Position numbers and translations under genes: made by a program
Assembly (NCBI RefSeq): GCF_041956535.1
Contig: NW_027192199.1
Location: 186,001 to 250,000 of the forward strand
DNA length: 64,000 nt
Source: Calcarisporiella thermophila CBS 279.70
Taxonomy: Eukaryota; Fungi; Calcarisporiellomycota
Direction of reading: 5' to 3'
The notes under the pieces: model-generated
Seen by the model: the letters and a program-made list of their open reading frames with translations, nothing else
Databases searched by the model: none
What the model was told of the DNA's origin: nothing
Shown: piece after piece, positions 40,264 to 52,685 of the stretch
Layout of the letters: each line of letters opens with the position of its first letter
Position numbering within the stretch: the first letter of the stretch is position 1

Positions 40264-41326
40264 TTATTTATCTCCAACTTCCCTATTATCTCCTTCTTCA
40301 CCCTCCGTGATTTTCTCTCTCTCTCGCTCATTTAGCGCAATCAAGAATGACTCCACACTACTTGCAGCCTCCAATGGTAAACCCATCTCTGCTGCTAAAG
40401 GAATCAGACCGCCAGAACGTAATGCCGCATCTAAAGTTTTCACTGCCTGTGCAAACTGCGCGCTCTGCAATACCTCCTCTACGTCTTCAGGAGTTTGACC
40501 TAGCGAAGCTGGGATATGTTGGCTTAAAGCTGCAGATGGCAGGGAGCAAAAGAAGGATGAACCGGGAAAATTACATCAGATAAAGAACTAGGAGTAATTT
40601 GGCAACTCAGGAAGACTTGCCTTTGTGAGCATCCTCATCCCAGGCCAGTTGTCTTACGACACTTGGTTCTAATACGTGTGACAACCGAATATCTCTTCTT
40701 CTCTGCGGAACGCGAATGCCGCTCAATATCTGGCTCAGCGTTTGGCTTAGGTTATTAGTGGACGGATTTCCTTCTTGCTCTGCTTCAATATTGGAGTCTA
40801 CAGTCATAGCCTCACCGGTTTCGGCGTCTATTTCCTCCTCGAGGAGTTCGGTTATTCGTGCAACTATCTCACTATCATGTTCGGGATTCGCGTCTTGCAT
40901 CCAGTAAAAATACCTCTGTCGGCTAGATAAAATGTACAACATATAGACTCTTCCAGTAGTGCAGTTTTCGATGCGCTCAAAGATCGCCTGATTATTGGGC
41001 GGAATAATCAAGTTCTATCAAACCAAAAGAAAGTATGGAGGGCAAAATTGTAAGATTGGTAGAATGATATAAATACAAAAGATTAGAAAATCTCACTTCT
41101 TCAACCTGATTGCTCCGTCGATCCTTCCAGCAGAACCGTAGAGTTCCTTGCTCTTTGTATAAATACACTAGTCTACCCAGATTTGACGTGAATCTTTCAA
41201 TCAAACTCTTTACAATATAAAAGCTCAACTAAATTACCCTTTGCGAGTATCAGGCCGTAACATTCTTCCATCCCGGACCATCTTCCCCGCTCTAAATTCA
41301 ACCAAATTGGATGGTGGTGTAGACAT
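40264..41326 (-). CDS. RPN13: Proteasomal ubiquitin receptor Rpn13/ADRM1 (Pru plus DEUBAD-like C-domain), 4 exons
   Basis: LVEFRAGKM...RPDTRKGLVYL...FCWKDR; CTTGRVY...RYFYWMQD; C-terminal SAQFAQAVKTLDAALRSG. Confidence 0.93.
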
Positions 41327-41599
41327 TTTAGATAAGTTTATTTCGATAGAAGTGGTAGGGTGCGGAAGTGTCTTTCATATAAAAAAGGGTTAAGTTACAA
41401 GCCACAAATTATCAAAGAGAAAGAAAACGATTTAAGCGAAAATTTAGAGTTAAATAGCAAAAGAGCTAACAGATATAAGTGCAATGCAAAACAAGGTAAA
41501 AGAAAGAAAAGGGAAAATAAAAAGCAATTCGAAGGAGTGAATAAAGAATGAAAAAAAAATGCAATATACAAACAAAAAGAGGGTAAGAAGCTTTGGTAT

Positions 41600-43294
41600 T
41601 CATGACCATTGATCCATTAGATTTAGAATAGTTTTTCCCTCTCTTGGTAAAAAACGCATCTCCATATCTCTTAGTTTTGCACGTTCCCTGACGATTTGCG
41701 ACGTGAAACTCGAAAGCTTAGCACATTCCGTAGAACCCGCTACAAAATATGTTGCCTGAGTAGCCGTAATTTTGTCAAGAATCCCAAGCAAGCCTGGATC
41801 GTACTGGTCATCAATGGCCTCTCCTCCATGTTGGTCCTCGAGATCAGGAGTAAGCTCGTCCCTAACATCAATGACACCAAATCCCGCTCTTTCCTTAGCT
41901 ATGAGTGGTTTTTGGAAGCTTCCATTTCGCTCTCTCTGCAAATAGTATACATCTTTGGCCGGGGTTATTCTTCCTCGTGCCTTACGGTCTTCATTCAGCG
42001 ATAGCCAAGTGACGACATCGATCTTCTCCTTAAGTATCCGGATAGCCTCGTGATGATTTTCCGTCATATCCTCTTTATGCCAGGTCGAGGAATGGGCATA
42101 TTTGCCCTCAAGAGGATAATCCGTGGCCAAATATACATTCTTAATATTGAGGCGCTTTTTTGTATGCTCGAGATAGTCGGCCAGCTGGGCCGCACACTGA
42201 GGCAGTACCTGAGGCGCAACGGTTTCCATCCGCCAGTGGACTGCAATGAATGGTCTTAATTCATTTGCTACGGTCATTGCTTCTTCGTACCACTGGCTGT
42301 CATATACAAGAGGGGATTTCCAACTGCCATCCGAGTCCTTCATGTCAAACATAGCGAGGCGCAAATTATAGCGTACCAGCAAAACGTCGGCACTGTTGTC
42401 ATGCATGAACCAGCTTGCGGCGCTGGTGAAATTTGAGTTGTCAAGGGCACGCACGAGATCATCGCCGCCGATTTCAGTGTCGTCGACGCCTTTTTGAGTA
42501 TGGAAGCGGAAGGTAGAATGGCGATCGTACCGGAGAGGGATGTCGTCGATGCAGTAAGTGCGACGAAATTTGTGTAAGTTGAGAGAAGGCGAGATATTCT
42601 GCTTTCCTCCCTTGCTTGACTCGGTAATCTGAATTTCACTCACTCCATTGTTATCATTATAAGGTCCGATCTTCCCATCTGCTCCTCTCTCAACCACTAC
42701 GTATTGTGCTGTTGCATCTCGACCGGATGGGCCTGTAGCACGCTCTTTTGCCCATTGACCAAACGTTTCTTGGGTTATGAAAGGAAACCGATTAGCCAGT
42801 GTGACATTGGAGAAATAATGCGCAAAAGGGAATTTCTGGCAGCTACCAAGCCTTCCCTTGCTTGCATTTGGTAGGACAATTGTCCGATTGAGTCTTGATG
42901 ATAGGATGGCCAACTGCTGGAAATGCATCTGGGCCTTCGATTCTTGCTCGCCAACCCAAACAGGAAATAAAAACTTGCAAGGTCCTCCACAATACCGAGC
43001 GTCCACTTTTCTTTGATGTATTGCAGCCATTCTCTGCTGATGAGAGATGTCTGACGGACTTCCCGGCATTGGTTCAAGAGAGAGCACGGCCAGATGGAAA
43101 ATGAATGTGGCAGTAAGGATCAGAAGTAAAAAAGGGAGGAAACGGTATTTCGACAGGAAGAATCGCAGCTCATATCTGGGAGAAAGTGGGAGGTATTTGC
43201 GGGGACCGCGCGTTGGTGAGGGAGAATGAAGGGGGAGAAGTGGAGTGGAAGGGGATATGGGGGATGCGAGGAGTTGTGTAGTTTTCAGCTTCAT
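41600..43294 (-). CDS. Type II membrane O-fucosyltransferase-family glycosyltransferase, intronless
   Basis: N-terminal TM; EQESKAQ...RTIVLP, FIAVHWRME, VYLATDYP, GILDKI...YFVAG...SSFT. Confidence 0.8.
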   Translation of the reverse strand: MKLKTTQLLASPISPSTPLLPLHSPSPTRGPRKYLPLSPRYELRFFLSKYRFLPFLLLILTATFIFHLAVLSLEPMPGSPSDISHQQRMAAIHQRKVDARYCGGPCKFLFPVWVGEQESKAQMHFQQLAILSSRLNRTIVLPNASKGRLGSCQKFPFAHYFSNVTLANRFPFITQETFGQWAKERATGPSGRDATAQYVVVERGADGKIGPYNDNNGVSEIQITESSKGGKQNISPSLNLHKFRRTYCIDDIPLRYDRHSTFRFHTQKGVDDTEIGGDDLVRALDNSNFTSAASWFMHDNSADVLLVRYNLRLAMFDMKDSDGSWKSPLVYDSQWYEEAMTVANELRPFIAVHWRMETVAPQVLPQCAAQLADYLEHTKKRLNIKNVYLATDYPLEGKYAHSSTWHKEDMTENHHEAIRILKEKIDVVTWLSLNEDRKARGRITPAKDVYYLQRERNGSFQKPLIAKERAGFGVIDVRDELTPDLEDQHGGEAIDDQYDPGLLGILDKITATQATYFVAGSTECAKLSSFTSQIVRERAKLRDMEMRFLPREGKTILNLMDQWS

Positions 43295-45772
43295 CGTTCA
43301 CTAATATGAAATAAATAATAGAGAGGGGAGGGGAAAACTAGAAAAAGGATGGCAACAAGGGTAACTACAAAATGAGGGAGGGGATGTTCTCGCAGAGAAC
43401 CGTGGGGATATCACTTTCGCAGAAAGTGCGCGGAATAGCTTGCTTTATTGCGTTTGGAGAGAATTAGAGGAAGCGGGCGATAGAAAGGTGGGAGGGATTT
43501 CTTGTACAATATTCTATTTTATTAGCAGCAAACGGCTTTTAACCAAATTGGTAGGTAATAATCTGATGGCCCGTGGATTGGTTAAATCGGTTGTTAGTTT
43601 TCATTCAGCGAACTATTATTATGAGAAATAAAGCGCGCCCGCACATTGCGGCCCACAGCTAACCTCGAATGCAGCGAGTTTCCTGTGCATCAAGCCAAAG
43701 TGCTAAGGTAGGATATGGCAAAGCAAGGAGAGGAGCGAGTGGCCTTATCGTCCATTTGATCCTAGTCCCGCTCTGAACTCATAGGACACAAGTAGCCGGG
43801 GGATATCAACCTTATGTTTTTCTAGCCGCACAACTGGGCCGTACTCGCGCAACTCTATTAAGCGTGATACAAATGATATTAAACCATTAGGATGTTTCTA
43901 ATTTAGAAAGCTTTGACATATGTGGGATTGAATTGCCAACTCCGCTGGTGAATTCCACGATATGCCCATTGGAATTGAAAATCAGCAGAGATCCCCGTGC
44001 TGATGCTCTTCTCAGTAGGTATCTCCTGTTGTCCAAACTCGGCTCATCTACTACGGGCATGAATCTATTTGCGCATGTAGATGGAGATCCCACTCCGTTG
44101 TTTGCATCGGCTTTATGCGCTTTCCGCGCTAACCCTTCGCGCAGAGCAAGCTGATAAATTGGATCGAATGTTCGCTTGACATTCGAATGTGGTTGTGGCT
44201 TGCATCCTCATCCCTCTCCTCACATAAGGATGTCCCACAGAGCCAGCCTTTGCTAGAGTTGACTCGGGGTAATTGTTGTGATTATGTAGCTTCCAATTTG
44301 GAAACATCGGTGAGCGAGCGTGTAATCAAAGAGCATTACGAGTTTATTATGTAAATCAAATATATGGGATTCAGAGCACGTGTGCCTAATTTAAAATAAC
44401 TGGCCCTCGATACCTGAATTGATCCAGGCTCATTCACAACCAGTACACAAACTATACGCGTGCTTTTAGGGGAGCCATCCCTTTCTTCAACTGTGCCCGT
44501 CCCTATTTTTTCCCAATTGATTGAAAATGGGAATTAAGCCACGGTAAGGATCCTAGAAATAAATAAGGTCAGGGATCGGCTCCCGGACGTGTCAGCTATT
44601 GCTTGACTTTAATGACACGAAAAAAAAGCGGGCAACTTGAACGAGATTTCAACCCATAATACATTGTACTGATTTGCGAATCCTTGTTGAAATTCCACCC
44701 CGCCCGAGTCGATCCATTGAACCAAATGAGATATCTTTGAAGATAATGAAATCGATAATATATCCTGACTCGGGCAATTTCCATTTAATTCTATTGATAT
44801 TCAGTGACCAGCTATCTTCTATAACCGACAGTTAGGTACCACGTTGGATTCCGAATTTTAAATTTTCTAATATTGACAAACTATGCTAATAGGAAAGCAA
44901 AAACGCACACTGAAATTACTTATAGTTGTATGAATGCTTCTTAAAGATATGCAAAAAAAAAATTGTAAACAATTAATAGAAAGAGCTATGTCCAAAATCC
45001 TCTGTCCTCATCATAATGATTTTGATGCAAGCTTCACCCAATTTGATTAAAAAAAACACGGGAAAATTTCGTTTACTTTCATTTTATTTTATCATTCATC
45101 TGAATTTTCAGAAGTAATGGTAATTTCATCTTTCTGGATGCGTATGGAATGAGATGTTGCCCTTCTTTTATTTCGCGTTAAAACCAAAAATAGTGCTATT
45201 ATATCCAGTTCACCAGTGCTGATGGGTTAACGTTGAAATAACTTACACATTGCTTTAGTAGAAATGAGAGGCAGCACGAAAAACAATGCGTTTAGACAGA
45301 TATATACCATTATGTCCAACAATTAGCTACGCTTGCATAAGGCATATCGCATTATACCTTATCACTCCCAATACCCACATCGTAGCCAATCAAGTATCAG
45401 AGCTCAGTCATACTTCTCAGCAACTCTATAATGGCAGTAATTTTGTATTCTTTGGGCTATCTGTGGCTTATATTTTATATATCGTCAATTGGAATAAGCC
45501 ACCTATGTCCTCCAATAGTTTTAGGCCAATTCTTTTTACTTCTCTTATTAATATCTTCCTTCATCATCCCATCTTTCTTGATCCGATTCATAGATTCAGT
45601 GTTCTGTATACATTATTCCATAGCCAGTACATATTCTCAAAGATCAAGGTATGCATCTTTTAATGCCGACCGTGATCTCACAGATGGTCGACATGGATTC
45701 AATTTTGAATGGATATATCCATAATGACTTTTGCTTATTGTCTTTGAATAAATTCTATTGTCAACAGCAAAG

Positions 45773-46917
45773 ATGAGTTCTTGGGGTAGCTGGTTGATGG
45801 GAACACCTTCCGATTCTCGTACCTCTTCAAATCTCTCTACCCTTTCCAACTTTGGCAATACTGGTAGAGTTGGTCTCCTAACACCTGCACAACAGACTGC
45901 GCTTACACGCTTCAAAGATGAGATCCAAAAGGAAGGTCTCTACGATGAAAAACGGCATACGGATCATCTGCTCTTGCGCTTTCTACGTGCGCGAAAATTT
46001 GACCATGAATTAACTATGACCATGTTCCGGAACTGTGAGCAATGGCGCAAAGAATTCAGAGTCGAGGAGCTAGTGCGCAATTTTGATTTCCCCGAGGGAG
46101 AGCGGATCGCTCGTATATATCCACGCTATGTGAGTTGATGTTTATTCAGCCAAGATTTATATCTTCTATTGCTAGACCCTTTTTTTTCTAATTCCCTTCG
46201 ACTTCGCCTTTAGTATCACAAGATAGATCGCTTGGGCCGACCTATCTATGTGGAACACTTAGGCAAGATTGACATCAATGAGATGTTTCAGATCACCACC
46301 GAAGACCGCATGATTCAAGCTTTTGTGGTGAGCTATGAAGGGCTCATGAACGAGCGGTTTCCGGCATGCTCCTTGTTGGCAGGCAGGAATATTGAGCAAT
46401 GCTTCACGATCCTAGATCTTCAGGGACTCTCACTGATGCAAGTTCCATCTGCCCTCGGTTTCATTCGACGTACCTCAGCCATTGCACAGGATTATTATCC
46501 AGAGGTACGGCATAATCTCTTGTCCATAAGAGTGTTTATGCCGCGAACTCACTGATTACCTGTTTGTTTATGACAGATGATGGGGAAAATGTATGTGATT
46601 AATGCGCCAATGCTTTTCTCTACTGTCTGGAGCATGATTAGGGTAAATATGCCAGCTATCAATATTGGTGAACACTCTAACTCACGGCCTCGTCATTTTT
46701 ATAGCCCTTCCTTGATGAAGTCACAGTAAACAAAATCGTGATTCCAAGCGCGAATGTCCAACAGGAACTGCTGAAAGATGTTGAGCCTGAAAACCTGCCT
46801 GCCATTTTCGGCGGAAAATGTCAGTGCCCAGAGGGATGCGACCGTTCCAATGCTGGGCCATGGTGTGATCCAGAATATAACCCTTCGTTACAAAATGGAA
46901 GTATTGATAAAAATTAA
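45773..46917 (+). CDS. SEC14: Sec14-like CRAL-TRIO lipid transfer protein, 4 exons
   Basis: LLRFLRARKFD, GRPIYVEHLGKID, IAQDYYPE|MMGKMYVINAP, PFLDEVTVNKI, NLPAIFGGKCQC, GPW. Confidence 0.93.
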
Positions 46918-48272
46918 TAAAGTCACGTAAAATTCCCCCCTCCCCCCTTCTCTTTTAATTATACTGTGTTTTATGAGTGTAATCGGTTTTTTTTTCTCTC
47001 TTTATTTTACACATTTTCTATTCTTTCTTTGGGTTATCCTATTTTTCACGTTGGGTTTCGGGTGGATAGAAGAAGAGGAGAAACTTATCTCTACATTATT
47101 TCAACCAACAAGCCTTTTCTTTCATGATGTTCTCTAGCCACTGTTCTTTTTTTTGGATTTTATATGAACAGAAAAGGAGATAGAAGTGCCATTTTTCTTA
47201 CTTCATAGTTGATATTTTAATAGTCGAATACAATTATTTGATAATCGCTGAGCCTCACTTTTCTCTTAATTTCTTGGTTTTGGTATATATCATATCAAAA
47301 AAAAAAATTGTCCTAGCACAGTGCACATTCAAGTGATGGGAAAGTGCTTCCGATCATATTTGGGCACCTCCTTGTACTCAGAAAACTTTCTACTTCTAAG
47401 TGAGATGGAGCATTGTCTACGATATCCGAGATCCTCTCCAGCCCACTTCCCTCTGTTTCATCCGGTCTCTTTCCCTTACTTGGCCTTGTCAATCTTGAAC
47501 ATCTCACCGCCTTGAGCAGAGCGGGAGAATCAGCTTAAGGTCGCACCCATCCGGTTTATCCTTAATTCTCGAGGTCAGAGCGGAAGGGCAGAGTGGCTTA
47601 GTTGATATTTCAATATACCCGAGTTAGGAGTATGGAAATTGATGTCCAAGCGCTTAAAAGATCATCGACCGAAGCAAAATGATACAATATGGGTGAGGAT
47701 TTCCCCCATTGACCATATTAATGGCTACCCATTTCACAACTCTGCACGCCATCCTGCATGAGGGGATCTTTCCCAGACTTGGCCGATCCCCCCACCTCCC
47801 AAATAAAGCACACCTAGTTTCCATCTCCACAGAAACGCATTGACATTGCTTAGGCTATCTGCTTTTGAATTAGATCATGGTCAAGGCTAATTCAACAAAA
47901 AAAGGGGCCACATGGCAGGATCCGAGCTCATACTTTCTTTATTTTACACTTTATTTTCATTTATCCCTTTTTTTTAGTTGTCTCCAAATGAATTTATAAA
48001 GAATCGCTTTCGTCCCCTGCTTTACTTTTCTGCTTTCCTTCATCACCCATTTCTTCTAGCTTCCCACCAAGCAAACCTTTACAAGGCATTCTCCTTTGCT
48101 CCACTCTTTCACACTTCTCCATCACTACAATCTCTAGCATTCGTGCAGTTGCCTTCATTTGACATCATAAAGCTAAACTACACTCACATACACATCCCAC
48201 CCACTCCAACTTCACCCAGCACTCGAATACACAACTACACTCCACTCAGCCTAGCGCCCAACACTCAAGACC

Positions 48273-49041
48273 ATGAAAAAAATTGTATTCATCGCCTTGT
48301 CGTCACTGGTAATGCTCTGCCAAGCCGTTCCTCTCCGTCGTGGAGTCGAATTGCAAGGGCTCTCTATTCCCGACGTGAACAACCTCCTTACGATGTAAGC
48401 AGCTTTTTTTTCGATTATCGTTATAATGATGAGTTTTGACTTGACCGCTTTCTTTTTCTGTTTCTTCTCATACTTATAGTAGGCCAAGTCAAGAGGCTGC
48501 TGCTGCTGCTCTTGCACCACAACCTCAAGCGCCGATGGCCGCCAATCTTGCTCAGCCAGTTGGTGCCTCAACCGCTCCTGCAGCTGAACCCAAACCCGAG
48601 CATCACCATCACCATCACTCGCATCACAAAGAGAACAAGAAGGGACGCAAAGTCGACAAACTTGCAGCTTATCGCGCCGCCACCATCGTGAAAAAAATCT
48701 CCGCTCAACCCGCCAAGTTTAACAGGAAGCGGCATGTCTTGATCATTCCTCCAGGTCAACTCGCGTACCAGGAATTCCAGAATGAGCACTCCCTTTTCCC
48801 AGTTCCTGAAAACGTCGAGGAAGAAAAGAAGGAAAAGAAGCGCGAGATTGAGAAGCGTGACGAAAAGCATCACAAGAAGAAGCACCACAAGTCCAATGCT
48901 GGTCGTGTCGCTCCAGCGACGGACCAGGCTGCTATCCAAGCCTCTGCGGTGGCCCCGGCCGCTGTTCCAGCAGCCCCGGCCGCTCCACCCGCCGATCAAT
49001 CCGGGCTACTGGGCGCGCTAACGAGCGGCCTGCATCTATAG
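48273..49041 (+). CDS. Secreted His/Lys-rich protein with multiple dibasic sites, 2 exons
   Basis: MKKIVFIALSSLVMLCQA-VPLRR; intron 48395-48479 (or 48482) joins in frame to ORF 48535-49041; EHHHHHHSHH, RKR, EKR. Confidence 0.78.
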
Positions 49042-50269
49042 TGGCTTATATGATTGGATTTGGTGTTCAAACAACCTTGAGATTTGAACGCATTTCTCGT
49101 TTGATCCAATATCTTCTTCAAGAGAAGGAGGGGGAAGGGGTGGTATAACGCATATAATCTTAATCCATATTATGGAATGGAATAGTAAAGTTTTTGTTAA
49201 TAATGCTTTGTTGTCTATCCTTCTTTTCTTATTTCTTTGCATTTTATTGTAACCTCTGGAACTATTTTTGCAATATCAAAACTGTCTTCATTATTCGATG
49301 TACAAAAAAAAAAGTAAACCTTGACATGAGGCTAATATAAACATCCAAGAAGCTATTAAAATTGACTAAAATTAGTTAGAGATCAAAGTCCGCCAAGCTT
49401 GATTAATAAAATTTTCTGCAGCCAAATATATTCTCCTGGAACGTGGAAATCCAAGAGGAACAAAGCTAATAAGTTACAGGGATAAATAAACATGCAAATG
49501 GGCCCCAGACTTTTCCTTTGCGATTTAAGATCAGGGTCCCTTGACTATGAGGTTATTTAGCGGCGTTACTTTGTAATTTACAATACATCTGCAAAAATAG
49601 TGACAACCAGTTACAAAAAACTTTTTGGAAATCAGTTGGATCAACCTTAGGTAAAGTCAGGAGAGGATTCCAGGCGCATGCCACAGCAACAACCTCATTT
49701 GTGTGTTTGTATCATAGCAACGTAGAGGGTACAAATACTAACACGGCGGGAAGCTTATTTCTTCAAGATCTATTTTCAAACCATAGTGGAAGAGGCCATA
49801 TCTAGTATAATTAAACATGTAAATTAATGTGCTTAGCTCTCCTTCGGAAAAAAGGGGCCTCTATGATCAGGGTGCAGTAATCGGCTAGGCCCAATAAGTT
49901 ATAGCAGAAAGAGTGCCTGATTTCCGACTTTAGGTTAATATGAAACATGAATAGAGGCGGCGTGAAAACAAAGGGAAAAAAAATCCTGGGACGATGCCCG
50001 GAAGGGAGAGTGGAGCCATACCAAAGCTAGAACTCTATTCCATAATAAAGAAAATATAATAACAGGGATCGACCTTTCACGGCTAAGATCAATCGAATGC
50101 AGGTATGATTTCGAAAAAATAAGAGTGTGCTATGCAGCCTGTTCTGTTTTAAATGCTCGGCATTCAATGGACGGCATTGTGTTAAATATAGATGAAAAAA
50201 GTATAGCAACTTAGGTTGAAAAATGCTATCAACAGGTTTAAAACGGTAGCTGTACCGCAAGTGAAATCG

Positions 50270-50278
50270 GATATAAAA
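50270..50278 (+). promoter_or_regulatory. TATA box of the 50420 gene
   Basis: GATATAAAA ~145 nt upstream of ATG, followed by a pyrimidine-rich leader. Confidence 0.5.
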
Positions 50279-50419
50279 CGAGAGCATTATTCTTGGTTTC
50301 TCTTCTGGGTCTTCGCCTAAACAACTTTATATTTTCTACACACTCTCACTCCTTTTCATCCATACTTGATATCCCTCATTCTTTTGCATTAATATCCTTG
50401 CATTTTCATATCAGAAAAC

Positions 50420-51598
50420 ATGCGTACTTTCATTCTTCTTACCTTGGCTTTTGTTGGATCTGTGCTGGCTGCTCCTGTCAACGATAATACCTCAGGGGGG
50501 GTGAGCCAACTCCCGAAAACGGTCGATCAACCCGCCGCCGTGAGCGGCTGCTCCAGCATTGCTGCTGATGGTCATGGAAAGCGCTCCTGCCGACGGACCT
50601 TGAGTAAAGCTGCTGAATTGCAAGAGGATAGTTCCGTTAAAGCCGCTCCGGAGCCGCCAGTGGGGGGCCCCACTGCTCCTGCCGGAGAATCCACAGGAAA
50701 GACTGTCAAGAAATCGGATGGACAGCCCGTTAATAAGAAAGCCACAACAAAAGCGGTGGATGACGCTGATTCTACCGCAGAGGCCGGAAAACCTTCAGAG
50801 GTAAAGCCTGACGTTCACGCAAAAGAAAAAGTTCCAGCAGCAACCCCAAAGGATCAAACGACCGAGGAAATAGCTAAAACCCCCCAGACTGGGAAGATTA
50901 CAAAAGGAACATCTCCGGAGGCAGTCACCGAAGGGAATGCCGTGATTCCTGGAACCGGAAATACTGCTGAAAGCAATATCGCCGCTCCGGGAGCGACTGG
51001 GGAACCGGAACAAAGTGAGGCCCCCCCAGCAGGCTTGGGTGGAGATTTGGAGCAGACTGAGGAACTGGAAAAGCGTGAAGAGCAGGAGGAGGATTCAACC
51101 GGTGAGCCAGTCACCCCTGTGACAAGTGGATCCGAGCAGACGGAGGGTGAGGCAGAGTTTCCGCACCTCCACCGGCGAACTCACTCGTCGAAGACTACGC
51201 AAGCAGGAGCACCAGCAGGCGCAGGAGCAGGAGCGGAGAAGGAGAAGGCAAAGGCCGACACTGAGAAGGCTGCTTCGGCTCCTAAAGATACTGCTACACT
51301 CCACCGACGAACTCACTCGTTGAACACTGCGGGAGCAGGAGCAGGAGCGGAGGAGAAGGCAAAGGCTGACGTTGAGAAGGCAAAGGCTGACACTGAGAAG
51401 GCTGCTTCGGTTCCTAAAAATACTGCTACGCTCCACCGGCGAACTCACTCGTCGAAGGCTACGGGAGCAGGAGCACCCGCAGGAGCAGGAGTAGGAGCCG
51501 GAGCGGAGAAGGAGAAGGCAAAGGCTGACACTGAGAAGGCTGCTTCGGTTCCTAAAGATGCTGCTACGCCCAATGAGCCTAAGTCGCAGGGGCAGTAA
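50420..51598 (+). CDS. Secreted Kex2-processed repeat precursor (three LHRR-THS units)
   Basis: Signal MRTFILLTLAFVGSVLA-AP; KRSCRR, EKR and 3x LHRR sites; intronless 392 aa. Confidence 0.85.
   Translation: MRTFILLTLAFVGSVLAAPVNDNTSGGVSQLPKTVDQPAAVSGCSSIAADGHGKRSCRRTLSKAAELQEDSSVKAAPEPPVGGPTAPAGESTGKTVKKSDGQPVNKKATTKAVDDADSTAEAGKPSEVKPDVHAKEKVPAATPKDQTTEEIAKTPQTGKITKGTSPEAVTEGNAVIPGTGNTAESNIAAPGATGEPEQSEAPPAGLGGDLEQTEELEKREEQEEDSTGEPVTPVTSGSEQTEGEAEFPHLHRRTHSSKTTQAGAPAGAGAGAEKEKAKADTEKAASAPKDTATLHRRTHSLNTAGAGAGAEEKAKADVEKAKADTEKAASVPKNTATLHRRTHSSKATGAGAPAGAGVGAGAEKEKAKADTEKAASVPKDAATPNEPKSQGQ
51167..51570 (+). repeat. Three coding tandem repeats (~120-140 nt) with high nucleotide identity
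   Basis: ctccaccgNcgaactcactcg...gagaaggcaaaggcYgacactgagaaggctgcttcgg recurs three times. Confidence 0.9.
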
Positions 51599-52202
51599 AT
51601 TAATTTTATATCCTAATTATTGCTTGTGGCCTTCATGTCCAAGAAATCAATGAAGTTGTCTGGTTTATCGGGAACCATCTCTTTTTTATACCTAAACCTT
51701 AGATCCAGGAAATTGAAACCCAATTTGCTTAAAATCTATGTAAGATAAAACTAATAGCTCATCAAGCCAAAATAAGTCACTAGTTAATAACAAGGAAAGT
51801 TTTTGAACTTTTGTAAACATAAACTTTAGAAGAGGGACATTTGTTGTAACCATAAAATGTGTGCAATGGAGTGGCTGATGATACTCACAGAGTAACTTTA
51901 TCATGATTAATACAGGCTTGACGCAAAACAGTGCTCAATGATTGCCCACAAAGTTCATTATAGAGAGAAATAAAGCTGTTACAGCCATTGAGTTCCAAAT
52001 TGGAAGATTGGAAGATTTAAATCTGGTATGGCGGGGATGAATATATGGAGTAGCAACATAGAAATGCAGCCTTCATTTTACGCGTTGTATATAGGGTTCG
52101 TTAATGGATGAATGTAGAGTTGTTTAGACTATCCTACATCGACGCGATGGGAGCCATTTGGCTTGGTATTTTATTATGCTTGTGGGAAAAAATGGATAGA
52201 AT

Positions 52203-52685
52203 TTATCTGCGATGTATTCGTCTAAATAGCTTGAGTAACTTATACATTGACCCTGCTTGTTCACTATCTTTAGTGCAATCATCCATTGCGTAAGAAGGGG
52301 GATTTATATCGATCTGTACAGTTTGCTCATCCTCCTCGCTGTCATTCAAAACGGCGGGGGGTGGGGGACTAAGCCTATATAATTCCTCGAGCACTTGCTC
52401 TGAGATTATCCGCACCTGCGACTCTGATAAGCTTCCCGACGTTTCATTGACTTCGCCATAGGCTGGAAGTAATTCCTTATCGTGTTCGTTCTCGGATGCC
52501 TCTCTGTTGCTTTGAACCTCTTGCATTCGTGTCCGAACGCGTGCTGCTAATGAGTTGAGAATCTGGCGTTTTTTGACAAGTCGGAGGTGTAGATAGCAAG
52601 ATATTATCAAAACAATGAATCCCATGCCTGCCCCGATGGATACGGCCGTCACGAACTGGGTGGGAATGGCAGAGGAGCTGCTCAT
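52203..52685 (-). CDS. Single-pass membrane protein with PY motifs (candidate Rsp5/Nedd4 adaptor or cargo)
   Basis: N-terminal TM VSIGAGMGFIVLIISCYL, basic stop-transfer, LPAY and PPSY motifs; TATATA run upstream. Confidence 0.65.
   Translation of the reverse strand: MSSSSAIPTQFVTAVSIGAGMGFIVLIISCYLHLRLVKKRQILNSLAARVRTRMQEVQSNREASENEHDKELLPAYGEVNETSGSLSESQVRIISEQVLEELYRLSPPPPAVLNDSEEDEQTVQIDINPPSYAMDDCTKDSEQAGSMYKLLKLFRRIHRR

Noticed and set aside
43440-44784. Short ORFs between the fucosyltransferase and Sec14
   Set aside because: No consistent exon chain or recognisable domain.
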